Shown here: piece by piece, positions 9,002-19,378 of the stretch
Position numbering within the stretch: position 1 is the stretch's first letter
Layout of the letters: every line of letters starts with the position of its first letter
IMG/VR virus record: IMGVR_UViG_3300024346_000044
Location: 8,294 to 72,293 of that record
DNA: 64,000 nt
Source: a virus
Reading direction: 5' to 3' (one strand)
The notes under the pieces: model-generated
Seen by the model: only the letters and a program-made list of their open reading frames with translations
What the model was told of the DNA's origin: nothing
The model's database searches: none
Position numbers and translations under genes: made by a program

Positions 9002-10555
9002 ATGTCTATTATTCTTAGAAATATAAAGGGATCTGAATTAACATTTACTGAAGTTGATGGGAATTTTTCTTCATTATTTTACTCTAGTTCATTAGATGGT
9101 AATACTTTAAAATTACATTATTACCCTAATACTTCTCAATCAATAGACTTATCAGCATTATCCCCTAATGCATTCTCAGGTTCTTTATTAATAACTGCAT
9201 CTGCGGCTGATAACACAGTAACCTTTACTAAAGGAGATGGTTCTACATTTCCTGTTATAGTACAAACTGGATCAATAGCAAACACACTAACAACAGCATC
9301 AATATCATCAAATGTAATAACATTTACAAAAGCAGATGGTGATCAATTTGCAATAACAGTAAATACAGGTTCGGTAAGTGGTGATATATTTGCCCAAACA
9401 GGTTCATTTTATGCTACAACAAACGATTTACAAATATCAGGTTCACTTACAGTAACAGGTTCGTCTATAACATTTGATACTAAAAATGCATCTTATGGTT
9501 CTACTAGATTTTCAGGTAGTGTACGTTTTCGTGATGATGTAATAGTTGGAGATGATTTAGATGTAAAAGACGAAACAACCTTAGATAAACAAGTAGCAAT
9601 TGGATATCGAGGAAATGAAAACTTATTTAACGGGTATACTTTATCGGTATCCCAATCCACAGATAAAGGTGCAGTCTTAGTTGAAGGTGCAGCATTCATA
9701 TCAGGTTCACTTACAATTACTGGTAGTAATACAATAGTAGGTAATATAACAGCATCTAACAATATAAGTTCAAGTGGGTATATTTCAGCATCATCCTTTA
9801 ATGCTGCCCCAAATACAATAAATGAATTAACAGCTTCATATGCGATAACCTCATCCCATGCTTTAAATACATCTACTTATGATTATTTAGCAATTGGAAC
9901 TATTCCTAGTGCTACAGTAAATGCTCCACCTATGGGTGAAAATTACATCTCAGCTTTAGGTGTAGCAACTACAGGTGGATCTGGAACAGGTATGACAGTT
10001 GACACAGTAGTGGAAGGAGGAGGAGTTCTAACAGTTACAATAAATAACCCAGGTACTGGATATGTAATAGGTGATAACAATATAGTAATAAGTGGTGGTA
10101 ATGGTGCTGCTGTAATAACATTAAGTGGAACTATTAGTGAAACAAATCCTAGTCTAAGACTTATTGACAACACTTTTACTTTTGACGATGTAAAACTAAC
10201 TGGAGGTACAAATGTTACTATAACAAGAACAAGTGATACTGGTATAACATTTGATGCTGCATCAACAGCAACCCCCGGGGGTTTAACAACACAAATACAA
10301 TTTAACGATGCTGGAAGTTTTAATGGAGACCCAAGACTAATATTTAAAAAATCAACAGGGTTAATTCAATTAAGTGGAAGTTTAGAAATAACTGGTTCTT
10401 CTGATTCAAATTCTTTTTTAATAAAAAGTGCTAGCTTAGAAACATTTAAAATAAATGATAAAGGAGTAGCAGTATTTGGTGATTTACCTTATACCCCATC
10501 TGCAATAGAAGGAGGACTAATATTTTCAGGCTCAAACTTTTGGGTAGGATTATAA
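9002..10555 (+). CDS. Fibre/structural protein
   Basis: N-terminal KGSELTFTEVDGNF anchor-like motif; Gly/Ser/Thr-rich with TGS/SGS repeats and QIQFND. Confidence 0.7.
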   Translation: MSIILRNIKGSELTFTEVDGNFSSLFYSSSLDGNTLKLHYYPNTSQSIDLSALSPNAFSGSLLITASAADNTVTFTKGDGSTFPVIVQTGSIANTLTTASISSNVITFTKADGDQFAITVNTGSVSGDIFAQTGSFYATTNDLQISGSLTVTGSSITFDTKNASYGSTRFSGSVRFRDDVIVGDDLDVKDETTLDKQVAIGYRGNENLFNGYTLSVSQSTDKGAVLVEGAAFISGSLTITGSNTIVGNITASNNISSSGYISASSFNAAPNTINELTASYAITSSHALNTSTYDYLAIGTIPSATVNAPPMGENYISALGVATTGGSGTGMTVDTVVEGGGVLTVTINNPGTGYVIGDNNIVISGGNGAAVITLSGTISETNPSLRLIDNTFTFDDVKLTGGTNVTITRTSDTGITFDAASTATPGGLTTQIQFNDAGSFNGDPRLIFKKSTGLIQLSGSLEITGSSDSNSFLIKSASLETFKINDKGVAVFGDLPYTPSAIEGGLIFSGSNFWVGL

Positions 10556-10595
10556 AAAAACATATATGTATAACAAAAATATTAAATAAAATAAA

Positions 10596-11702
10596 ATGGC
10601 AAATTGGAAAAAAGTCTTAGTCTCAGGAAGTAGTATTGAGGTCGCAAGCATAACAGCATCCGTTGTTCCTACAAATAGTAGCACATCATTAAGAACTTTA
10701 ATGGTTGATCCTGCAACAGGTCACATCTTTAGAACAGGTTCTTATGGTGGTGGTGGAGGTGGAGGTTCATTAGAACCTTTAACTGACGGAAATGGTATTG
10801 TTGATTTTAGCTATGATGGTGGAACTGCAAGAACTGTTGCTGTTGAAGCAGATGGTGCTACATTAACAGTAGGATCAGGAGGAGTTAAAGTAACAGATTT
10901 AGGTATTGGTACAGGCCAGTTAGCCACAGATGCAGTAACAACAGTAAAAATAACTGATTTAAATGTAACAACAGGTAAACTTGCAGATGATGCAGTTACA
11001 ACAGCTAAAATTGCTCCAAATTTAGGTACGTTTACAGGACATTCTTTTACAGGTTCATTCACAGGTTCATTTGCAGGTGATGGGTCAGGTTTAACAGGTA
11101 TAACAGGTGCTACAACAACAGCAGCATTAACACAAGGAACAGGTGTTACCTCATTTAGTTTCAATGGTTCTTCAGCAGCTACAGTTTCAGTAGCAGGAGC
11201 AAGTGCTTTAACAGATGCAACATTAGTTAAATGGAATGACAGTGCAGGTACATTTGTAGATTCTAAAATCATAGAAGGTACTAATCTTATTACTATTGGA
11301 GCAGGTACAGATGAAGTAAAAATACCAGGTGATTTAAGAGTACAAGGTACAGCTTCATTTCAAAATTCAACAACATTATTAGTTGAAGATAGATATATTT
11401 TAGTCAACTCAGGTTCAACTTCAGGTAATCAAGGTGGTATTGTAATTCAAACAGAAAATACACAAAATGTAGGTCAATTATTTGGTTACAATGGTTCTAC
11501 TAGTAGATGGGCTATTAAATCAGCATTTGATGCAGAATCAACTACAGACTTTAATCCTCAAGCTTATATGGGATTAACTTCGGGTTCAGCAATAACAAAT
11601 CCTAATGCTGCAGGTGCAAGTGGTGTAAATGAAACTATAATAAAACAATCAGGTAATATCTATGTTAATAATACTTTAGAAGAAATTTGGATTTACTCAT
11701 AA
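10596..11702 (+). CDS. Fibre-like structural protein
   Basis: MANWKKVLVSGS N-terminus shared with the 12203 gene; poly-Gly hinge; AVTTAKI repeats. Confidence 0.7.
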   Translation: MANWKKVLVSGSSIEVASITASVVPTNSSTSLRTLMVDPATGHIFRTGSYGGGGGGGSLEPLTDGNGIVDFSYDGGTARTVAVEADGATLTVGSGGVKVTDLGIGTGQLATDAVTTVKITDLNVTTGKLADDAVTTAKIAPNLGTFTGHSFTGSFTGSFAGDGSGLTGITGATTTAALTQGTGVTSFSFNGSSAATVSVAGASALTDATLVKWNDSAGTFVDSKIIEGTNLITIGAGTDEVKIPGDLRVQGTASFQNSTTLLVEDRYILVNSGSTSGNQGGIVIQTENTQNVGQLFGYNGSTSRWAIKSAFDAESTTDFNPQAYMGLTSGSAITNPNAAGASGVNETIIKQSGNIYVNNTLEEIWIYS

Positions 11703-11717
11703 TTTTTATTATATTCA
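11686..11717 (+). promoter_or_regulatory. Bacteroidota sigma70-type promoter (TTTG-N20-TATATT)
   Basis: TTTG at 11686 and TATATTCA at 11710; same spacing as eight other sites. Confidence 0.55.
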
Positions 11718-11753
11718 TTGTCAATAGTATCAAAAATTAAAAAAGTTATAAAA

Positions 11754-11927
11754 ATGGGATTGAAAGATAGGATTAGTCTCCAAAAACCAAAACAGGAATC
11801 AAATAAACTTACTAAAAAAGAATTAGAAGTATTATTAAATATGGTAAAAAACAGCACCTTTAAAGGAGCTGATATAGAACCTATTTATAATTTAGTAATA
11901 AAACTCCAAGATCAATATACTAATTAA
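11754..11927 (+). CDS. Small helical protein (possible fibre assembly chaperone)
   Basis: ATG 11754 follows an A-rich leader and is preferred over TTG 11718. LTKKELEVLL...KLQ resembles the next small ORF. Confidence 0.55.
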   Translation: MGLKDRISLQKPKQESNKLTKKELEVLLNMVKNSTFKGADIEPIYNLVIKLQDQYTN

Positions 11928-11941
11928 AATTAATAATAGTT

Positions 11942-12124
11942 ATGTTTAATTTAACAGAATTATCTGTCCTAAGATCAGGATTAGAAACAGTAACCATATT
12001 AGGTAAAGAAGCTAGATTATTAGTTGCACTACAGGATAAAGTAGAAATGCATATAAATAAACTTCAACAAGGACCTCCCCAAGAAAACACTAAACTTTCT
12101 AAAGGACGTAAAATCTCTAAGTAG
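11942..12124 (+). CDS. Small helical protein (possible fibre assembly chaperone)
   Basis: FNLTELSVLRSGL..I.GKEA..L..LQ pattern parallels the preceding ORF. Confidence 0.55.
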   Translation: MFNLTELSVLRSGLETVTILGKEARLLVALQDKVEMHINKLQQGPPQENTKLSKGRKISK

Positions 12125-12144
12125 AGGTTGATATTTATCATAAA

Positions 12145-12190
12145 TTGTTGGCCCCCGGGAAGTGGACTCATATTGAGTAACCAACCACAA
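12145..12190 (+). ncRNA. Candidate structured 5'-leader RNA
   Basis: GC-rich island between the late motif (12131) and the fibre ATG (12203). GTTGG/CCAAC closing stem and ACTCA-TAT-TGAGT hairpin. Confidence 0.4.
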
Positions 12191-12202
12191 TAAAATAATA
12201 TT

Positions 12203-15200
12203 ATGCCAAATTGGAAAAAAGTAATTGTATCTGGCAGTGATGCAATATTATCTAATATAACTGCCTCAGGTAATATAAGTGCAAGTGGCGATGTTACTGC
12301 AAGTGGATTTTTAGGAGAATTTATTGGTAATTTAACTGGAAATGCAGATACCGCAACAATATTAGCAACATCTAGAAATATTAATGGAGTTCCATTTAAT
12401 GGCTCTTCAGCTATTACTGTCCCAGCTGCAGGTTCAACCTTAACTGATACTGTACCAATAAGTAAAGGTGGTACCAATTTAACTTCATTAGGTAGTGCTT
12501 TACAAGTATTAAGAGTAAATGCTGCAGGAAATGGATTAGAATATTCTACATCTACTGTTGGAGATATAACTTCTGTATTAGGTGGAACTGGTATTACTGT
12601 TACAGACAGCTCAGGACCTTCCCCTTCAGTAGCAATTGATTCTACTGTAGTAACTTTAACTGGTGCTCAAGAATTAACTAATAAGGATTTAACAGGTGCA
12701 AGTAATACTTTCCCTACTTTTAACCAATCTACTACAGGAAATGCTGCAACCGCTACAATTTTACAAACATCCAGAACAATTGGTGGAGTATCATTTAATG
12801 GTTCTGCAAATATTAGCTTACCTGGTGTAAACTCAACAGGTAATCAAGATACATCAGGAACAGCTGCTTCTTTATCTGCTACCTTAATAACTGGAAGAGG
12901 AGGAACAGGTCTATCTTCTATAGGAACTTCAGGTCAAATATTATCAGTGAATGGAGCAGGAAATGCCCTAGAATATATTACACCAACCGTAGGAGATATA
13001 ACAGCAATTCAAACTACTACGGGTGATCAGATGGTAATTACAAATGGTAATGGTCCAATACCGTCTTTAGCTATAACAACGGCAACAATAGCAGATGCAG
13101 GAACAGGCTTAGCAACAGCTGATCAAATTCATACATTTGTAACTACACAAACAGATGAAACAGCAGCAGATACATCGGGTAATGCCTCAACTTCTACAAA
13201 AATTGCTTCTATTACTAATGCTAATATTGTCCAACTAGCGGCAACTCAAGAACTAACTAATAAAGATTTAACAGGTGCAGGAAATACTTTTCCAACGTTT
13301 AATCAATCCACCACAGGCAATGCAGCAACTGCAACAACCTTACAAACAGCTAGAAATATTAATGGTGTAAGTTTTAATGGTAGTGCTGCTATAACAATAA
13401 CTGCAGCGGGTTCTACACTATCAGACACAGTCCCAATAAGTAAGGGTGGTACAAATTTAACTTCAGTAGGTACAGCGGGTCAAATATTATCAGTGAATGG
13501 AGCAGGAAATGCCCTAGAATATATTACACCAACTGTTGGGGATATTACTGCTATAGAAACTACTACAGGAGATCAAATAGCAATTACAAATGGTAATGGT
13601 CCAATACCATCTTTAGCAATAACAACAGCAGCGATTGCAAATGGAGGTACTGGATTAGCTACAGCAGACCAAATTCACACCTTTGTAACTACTCAAACAG
13701 ACGAAACAGCAGCAAATACTTCAGGTAATGCGGCTACATCAACTAAAATATCAAGCATTACAAATAGTAATATTGTTCAATTATCATCAACTCAAGCACT
13801 GACTAATAAGGATTTAACAGGTGCAGGAAATACTTTTCCAACGTTTAATCAAAATACTACGGGTAATGCAGCTACAGCAACTACATTAGAAACCTCTAGA
13901 AATATTAATGGGGTAGCATTTAATGGTAGTGCTGCTATAACTGTTCCTGCTGCAGGTTCAACCTTAACTGATACAGTTACAGTTGCAAAAGGTGGTACAA
14001 ATTTAACATCCTTAGGTTCTGCGGGTCAAGTACTATCAGTAAACGGAGCAGGAAATGCTTTAGAATATACCACACCAACAACAGGAGATGTAACAGAAGT
14101 AACTTCTGCAACAACAGACCAAATAACAGTAGCAAATAGTACAGGTCCAAACCCTGCTATTTCAGCAGTAACAGGAGTTATAGCTAATGGGGAAACTTCT
14201 TTAGCAACAGCTGACCAAATTCATACTTTTGTAACTACACAAACAGATGCTACAGCAGCAGATACAAGTGGAAACGCTGCTACAGCTACAAATGTAGCAT
14301 ATACAGGTTTAACAGGAACAGTTCCTACTTGGAATCAAAATACATCTGGAACTGCTGCTTCTTTATCTTCTGTCTTAATAACTGGAAGAGGTGGAACAGG
14401 TTTAAATTCTATAGGAACTGCAGGTCAAGTATTAACAGTAAATGCCGCGGGGAATGGATTAGAATATGCTACTTCTACAACAGGTGATATTACTGGGGTA
14501 ACTGCAGGAACAGGATTAACTGGAGGGGGTACGTCAGGTAATGTTACTTTAAATATTGATTCAACCGTAGCTACATTAACAGGTACTCAAACATTAACAA
14601 ATAAAACATTAACATCTCCTACAATTGGAGATACTAGTAATATTACATTTCCAACATTTAACCAAAACACAACTGGAAACGCTGCTACTGCTACTTTAGC
14701 TGATAGTGCTACTGTATTAGCAACTCCTCGAGCAATTAATGGTGTTAATTTTGATGGTAGTGCTGCTATAACAATAACAGCTGCAGGTTCAACTTTATCA
14801 GACACAGTCCCAATAAGTAAGGGTGGTACAAATTTAACTTCAGTAGGCACAGCAGGTCAAATTCTATCAGTAAACGGAGCAGGAAATGCTTTGGAGTATA
14901 TTACACCAACAGTAGGAGATATTACAGCAATTCAAACAACTACAGGAGATCAAATAGCAATTACAAATGGTAATGGTCCTATACCCTCATTAGCAATAAC
15001 AACGGCAACAATAGCAGATGCAGGAACAGGTCTAGCTACTGCAGATCAAATTCACACCTTTGTAACTACTCAAACAGATGCTACAGCAGCAGATACAAGT
15101 GGTAACGCAGCTACGGCTACAATATTAGAAACAGCTAGAAATATTAATGGTGTAAGTTTTAATGGTTCTGCAAATATTACAATAACAGCAGCAGGTTCTA

Positions 15201-18200
15201 CACTATCAGACACAGTCCCAATATCAAAAGGAGGTACTGGAGCTACTAGTGCAGGTGCTGCAAGAACATCTTTAGGAGTAGATGCAGCAGGAACAGTTAA
15301 TTATACATTACCAACAGCAGCCGCAAATACATTAGGTGGTGTAAAAATTGGAAGTGGAATTTCAATATCAAGTGGTGTAATATCAGCAGATAATAATGGC
15401 ACTATAACAAGTGTTACAGGAACCGCACCTGTTGCTTCATCAGGAGGGACTACACCTGTTATTTCAATGGCAGCAGCGGATGATAGTACTAATGGATATT
15501 TAACTTCAACAGATTGGTCAACTTTTAATTCAAAAGGTAGTGGTGATGTAACAGAAGTAACTTCTGCAACAACAGACCAAATAACAGTAGCAAATAGCAC
15601 GGGTCCAAACCCTGCTATTTCAGCAGTAACGGCAGCAATAGCAAATGCGGGAACAGGATTAGCAACAGCTGACCAAATTCATACCTTTGTAACTACTCAA
15701 ACAGATGCAATAGCAGCAAATACATCAGGAACCGCTGCTTCTTTATCCTCTACTTTAATAACTGGAAGAGGGGGAACAGGATTAACTTCTATAGGAAGTG
15801 CATTACAAGTACTAAGAGTAAATGCCGCAGGAAATGCTTTAGAATATGCTACTTCAACAGTTGGTGATATTACTGAAGTTCAATCATCTACTACAAACCA
15901 ACTTGTAGTAACAAACGGAGCAGGTCCAATACCATCATTAGCAATAACAACAGCAGCGATTGCAGACGCGGGAACAGGATTAGCAACAGCAGACCAAATT
16001 CATACTTTTGTAACTACTCAAACAGATGAAACAGCAGCCGATACATCTGGTAACGCGGCAACCTCAACAAAAATAGCAAGTATTACAAATTCTAACATTG
16101 TTCAATTAACTTCTACTCAAACATTAACAAATAAAACATTAACATCTCCAACAATTGGAGATACTAGTAATATTACATTCCCAACTTTTAATCAAAATAC
16201 AACGGGTAATGCTGCAACAGCTACAACATTAGCAACCGCAAGAACTATTGCAGGTGTATCATTTGATGGATCCGCTAATATATCATTAAATAATAATTCA
16301 ATTACAAATGGTGCAGGATATACTACTAATACAGGTACATTAACTGGTAATGGCGCAACAAATAGAGTTCCGATCTATAATGGGACTACATCATTCACAA
16401 CAGACTCAGGATTTACATATTCATCTGATATATTAAGTACAGAAAAATTAAATATAACAGCTATAGCAGCAACTGTATCCGAGAATACTACAATCATGAT
16501 AGATGGCGATGGCCAAACATTGACCAGAGAATTAGGTTCAAATGCTTACAATTCAACGACAATCGGTACAAATACAAATGCATTAACAGTTGATAATGCA
16601 ACAGTTCAATTAAATTCCGGAACTACATTTAATGGTAGTGCAGCAAGAACATTATCTGCAAAAACAGCAGCAATTGCAAATGGTGGGGCAGCATTAGCAA
16701 CAGCAGACCAGATTCATACATTTGTTACTACACAGACCGATGCTATAGATGCCGATACCTCAGGTAATGCGGCTACAGCTACTATATTAGCAACTGCAAG
16801 AACTATTGCAGGTGTATCATTCAACGGTTCAGCTAATATATCATTAAATAACAACGCAATAACTAATGGAGCAGGTTACACAACAAATGCTGGAACATTA
16901 ACTGGTAATGGTACAACAAATAGAGTTCCAATTTATAATGGAACAACTTCATTTACTACAGATAGTGGATTTACATATTCATCTAATATATTAAGTACAG
17001 AAAAATTAAATATAACAGCTATAGCAGCAACTGTATCCGAGAATACTACAATCATGATAGATGGCGATGGCCAAACATTGACCAGAGAATTAGGTTCAAA
17101 CGCATTTAATAGTACAACAATCCCAACTAACAATAACCAATTAACAAACGGAGCTGGGTTTACAACAAATGCTGGAACATTAACTGGAAACGGTACATCA
17201 AATAGAGTTCCAATCTACAATGGAACAACTTCATTTACTACAGATAGTGGATTTACCTATACCGGTAACAAATTAACTGCAGAAGGATTAAATGTAACCG
17301 GCCCAATATCAGCATCCATAGGAGCTGCTCCTTACATGAAATTAGATCTGGAAAGACAACTTTTTGGTGACACTGACGGAAATTCTAATGGTGCAACATT
17401 TATGTTAGATCAGACCTTAGGTTTTATTGTAGGATCGCCGATTATATCTTTAGATGGTGCAGTGACAATTAATGACTCAAGCAACGATGTAGACTTTAGA
17501 GTTGAATCTAACGGCAACGCTAATATGTTGTTTGTAGATGCTGGAAATAATAGAGTTGGTATAGGAACTAATAGTCCAACTGAAGCACTAGATGTCAATG
17601 GTGCTTTTACAGCTACAAGTGTTAGATCTACAAGCGGAGGAACGGATGGTGGTTTTATTTTAAAACAATGGGCAGGTAGTACTAGCTACGCTTTTTTAGG
17701 TACTAATGGTATGTCAGGAGTAGAGTACTGCATGATATCAGATGGTACTAATACTTTCTTAGGCGCTGGGACAGGTGGAGCTTTAAAATTAAGAGGACCT
17801 GCTAATGATTCTTCTCCAGAAGTAATTATTAATGGAACTATAGTAGAAGTTAATACTGGTGATCTAAAAGTAACTGATGGATCTATAGCTGTAGGTAATA
17901 TAACTAATTCTACTACAGATGGTAGAATAGACGCTTCAAATGACGTTGTAGCTTTTTCATCATCAGATAAAAAATTAAAAGAAAATATTAAACCAATTAA
18001 AAATGCATTAGATAAAGTATCTCAAATTTCAGGTGTTGAATTTGATTGGAAAGAATTAACTGAAGAAGAAAAATTATCTATACACGGGAATGAAGGGCAT
18101 GATGTAGGAGTAATAGCACAAGAAATTGAAAAAGTATTACCTGAAGTAGTTCAAACTAGAGATAACGGTTATAAAGCAGTTAAATATGAAAAAATAGTTC

Positions 18201-18265
18201 CATTATTAATAGAATCAATAAAAGAATTAAAAGCCGAAATAGAAGAACTTAAAAAATCTAAATAA
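12203..18265 (+). CDS. Giant repetitive tail fibre with C-terminal peptidase S74 intramolecular chaperone
   Basis: Repeats TGNAATAT, RNINGVSFNGSA, LATADQIHTFV, VPISKGGT; RVGIGTNSP; C-terminal SSDKKLKENI...GVIAQEIEKVLPEVV...LIESIKEL. Confidence 0.9.
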   Translation: MPNWKKVIVSGSDAILSNITASGNISASGDVTASGFLGEFIGNLTGNADTATILATSRNINGVPFNGSSAITVPAAGSTLTDTVPISKGGTNLTSLGSALQVLRVNAAGNGLEYSTSTVGDITSVLGGTGITVTDSSGPSPSVAIDSTVVTLTGAQELTNKDLTGASNTFPTFNQSTTGNAATATILQTSRTIGGVSFNGSANISLPGVNSTGNQDTSGTAASLSATLITGRGGTGLSSIGTSGQILSVNGAGNALEYITPTVGDITAIQTTTGDQMVITNGNGPIPSLAITTATIADAGTGLATADQIHTFVTTQTDETAADTSGNASTSTKIASITNANIVQLAATQELTNKDLTGAGNTFPTFNQSTTGNAATATTLQTARNINGVSFNGSAAITITAAGSTLSDTVPISKGGTNLTSVGTAGQILSVNGAGNALEYITPTVGDITAIETTTGDQIAITNGNGPIPSLAITTAAIANGGTGLATADQIHTFVTTQTDETAANTSGNAATSTKISSITNSNIVQLSSTQALTNKDLTGAGNTFPTFNQNTTGNAATATTLETSRNINGVAFNGSAAITVPAAGSTLTDTVTVAKGGTNLTSLGSAGQVLSVNGAGNALEYTTPTTGDVTEVTSATTDQITVANSTGPNPAISAVTGVIANGETSLATADQIHTFVTTQTDATAADTSGNAATATNVAYTGLTGTVPTWNQNTSGTAASLSSVLITGRGGTGLNSIGTAGQVLTVNAAGNGLEYATSTTGDITGVTAGTGLTGGGTSGNVTLNIDSTVATLTGTQTLTNKTLTSPTIGDTSNITFPTFNQNTTGNAATATLADSATVLATPRAINGVNFDGSAAITITAAGSTLSDTVPISKGGTNLTSVGTAGQILSVNGAGNALEYITPTVGDITAIQTTTGDQIAITNGNGPIPSLAITTATIADAGTGLATADQIHTFVTTQTDATAADTSGNAATATILETARNINGVSFNGSANITITAAGSTLSDTVPISKGGTGATSAGAARTSLGVDAAGTVNYTLPTAAANTLGGVKIGSGISISSGVISADNNGTITSVTGTAPVASSGGTTPVISMAAADDSTNGYLTSTDWSTFNSKGSGDVTEVTSATTDQITVANSTGPNPAISAVTAAIANAGTGLATADQIHTFVTTQTDAIAANTSGTAASLSSTLITGRGGTGLTSIGSALQVLRVNAAGNALEYATSTVGDITEVQSSTTNQLVVTNGAGPIPSLAITTAAIADAGTGLATADQIHTFVTTQTDETAADTSGNAATSTKIASITNSNIVQLTSTQTLTNKTLTSPTIGDTSNITFPTFNQNTTGNAATATTLATARTIAGVSFDGSANISLNNNSITNGAGYTTNTGTLTGNGATNRVPIYNGTTSFTTDSGFTYSSDILSTEKLNITAIAATVSENTTIMIDGDGQTLTRELGSNAYNSTTIGTNTNALTVDNATVQLNSGTTFNGSAARTLSAKTAAIANGGAALATADQIHTFVTTQTDAIDADTSGNAATATILATARTIAGVSFNGSANISLNNNAITNGAGYTTNAGTLTGNGTTNRVPIYNGTTSFTTDSGFTYSSNILSTEKLNITAIAATVSENTTIMIDGDGQTLTRELGSNAFNSTTIPTNNNQLTNGAGFTTNAGTLTGNGTSNRVPIYNGTTSFTTDSGFTYTGNKLTAEGLNVTGPISASIGAAPYMKLDLERQLFGDTDGNSNGATFMLDQTLGFIVGSPIISLDGAVTINDSSNDVDFRVESNGNANMLFVDAGNNRVGIGTNSPTEALDVNGAFTATSVRSTSGGTDGGFILKQWAGSTSYAFLGTNGMSGVEYCMISDGTNTFLGAGTGGALKLRGPANDSSPEVIINGTIVEVNTGDLKVTDGSIAVGNITNSTTDGRIDASNDVVAFSSSDKKLKENIKPIKNALDKVSQISGVEFDWKELTEEEKLSIHGNEGHDVGVIAQEIEKVLPEVVQTRDNGYKAVKYEKIVPLLIESIKELKAEIEELKKSK
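16428..17100 (+). repeat. 115-nt perfect direct repeat (16428-16542 and 16986-17100) inside the fibre gene
   Basis: Base-by-base identical copies within a longer, more diverged duplicated module. Confidence 0.85.
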
Positions 18266-18699
18266 TGGCATTACCAGCATCAGGACCTATATCTTCAAGT
18301 CAAGTAGCCACTGAATTTAGTGTATCTCAAACTAATATTTCTTTATCAAATTTAGGTACCCAATTATCAACACCTATTACAGCAGGCCAACCAGTTAATT
18401 TAGCTACTAGTTTCTATGGTCAAAGTAGTGGAGTTTCTGTTACAGCTTGGACTTTTGCTTCAAACAATCAAGAAACATGGGAATCAGTAGAAGATTTTTG
18501 TGAAAACCTTCCATCTTTTGGCCCTACTCTTTATCATGATGGTTCTGGAACATACCCATCCACAAATGATGTTATATATAGTGACGATCCAGGAACTACT
18601 ACAGTTCCGGGGGGGATTTATGGATACCAAGCAGGAAGAACTAAAACTCCATTAACAGTTGATAATAATGGAAAAGTTACTAGTGTAGGAGAATGTTAA
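18265..18699 (+). CDS. Fibre-associated small virion protein
   Basis: MALPASGPIS...ISLS N-terminus typical of genes following S74 fibres; translationally coupled (TAATG). Confidence 0.55.
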   Translation: MALPASGPISSSQVATEFSVSQTNISLSNLGTQLSTPITAGQPVNLATSFYGQSSGVSVTAWTFASNNQETWESVEDFCENLPSFGPTLYHDGSGTYPSTNDVIYSDDPGTTTVPGGIYGYQAGRTKTPLTVDNNGKVTSVGEC

Positions 18700-19331
18700 T
18701 GAATAACTTAAATAAACATACAGAATATTTAAATAGTAAAGATAAACATATAGAGTACTTAAATAACAAAGTTTATTTTACAAAAGATAACAGACTATTA
18801 ACTCCTAATGCTCAACCAGTTATGATGGGATGGGAAGATCCCATAATGAAAGATGCAGCATCCTTAATATGTCATAACAAAGGAAAAATACTTAATGTAG
18901 GATTTGGATTAGGGCTTATAGACACTTACATTCAATCTCATCAAGTACAAGAACATTGGATTATAGAAGCACATCCAGATGTACAAAATAAAATGAAAAA
19001 TGATGGATGGGGTAAAAAATCTAATGTTACCTGTTTGTTTGATAAATGGCAAAATGTTTATGATGAATTGCCTAAATTTGATGGTATTTATTTTGATACT
19101 TGGAAAGAGTCGTTAGATCTATTTCATAAAATAGTACCTAATTTATTAAAACCTGGAGGCAAATACACGTATTGGTCACCTAATGATTTGGAAGTCCATT
19201 CTGTATTTAAAACAAATGAATATAAAGTAGAAAATGGTATTACAAAATTAGATCATATATCATCAAACCAAAAATATTACAATACTTCAAAAGATTTATT
19301 TAATTATAAACTAATAACTAAAAAATTATAA
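18693..19331 (+). CDS. Class I SAM-dependent methyltransferase, Rmt2/GAMT-like
   Basis: VMMGWEDPIM, ILNVGFGLGLID, HWIIEAHPDV, WQ, FDGIYFDT, LLKPGG. Start could be 18699. Confidence 0.85.
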   Translation: MLMNNLNKHTEYLNSKDKHIEYLNNKVYFTKDNRLLTPNAQPVMMGWEDPIMKDAASLICHNKGKILNVGFGLGLIDTYIQSHQVQEHWIIEAHPDVQNKMKNDGWGKKSNVTCLFDKWQNVYDELPKFDGIYFDTWKESLDLFHKIVPNLLKPGGKYTYWSPNDLEVHSVFKTNEYKVENGITKLDHISSNQKYYNTSKDLFNYKLITKKL

Positions 19332-19378
19332 AACTTTTATTCTTTATCTATAATTTACATATTTATAACAAAATTTAA

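Noticed and set aside
12203-18265. Repeats as a CRISPR array
   Set aside because: The repeats are in-frame protein modules with synonymous variation, not constant repeats with unique spacers.
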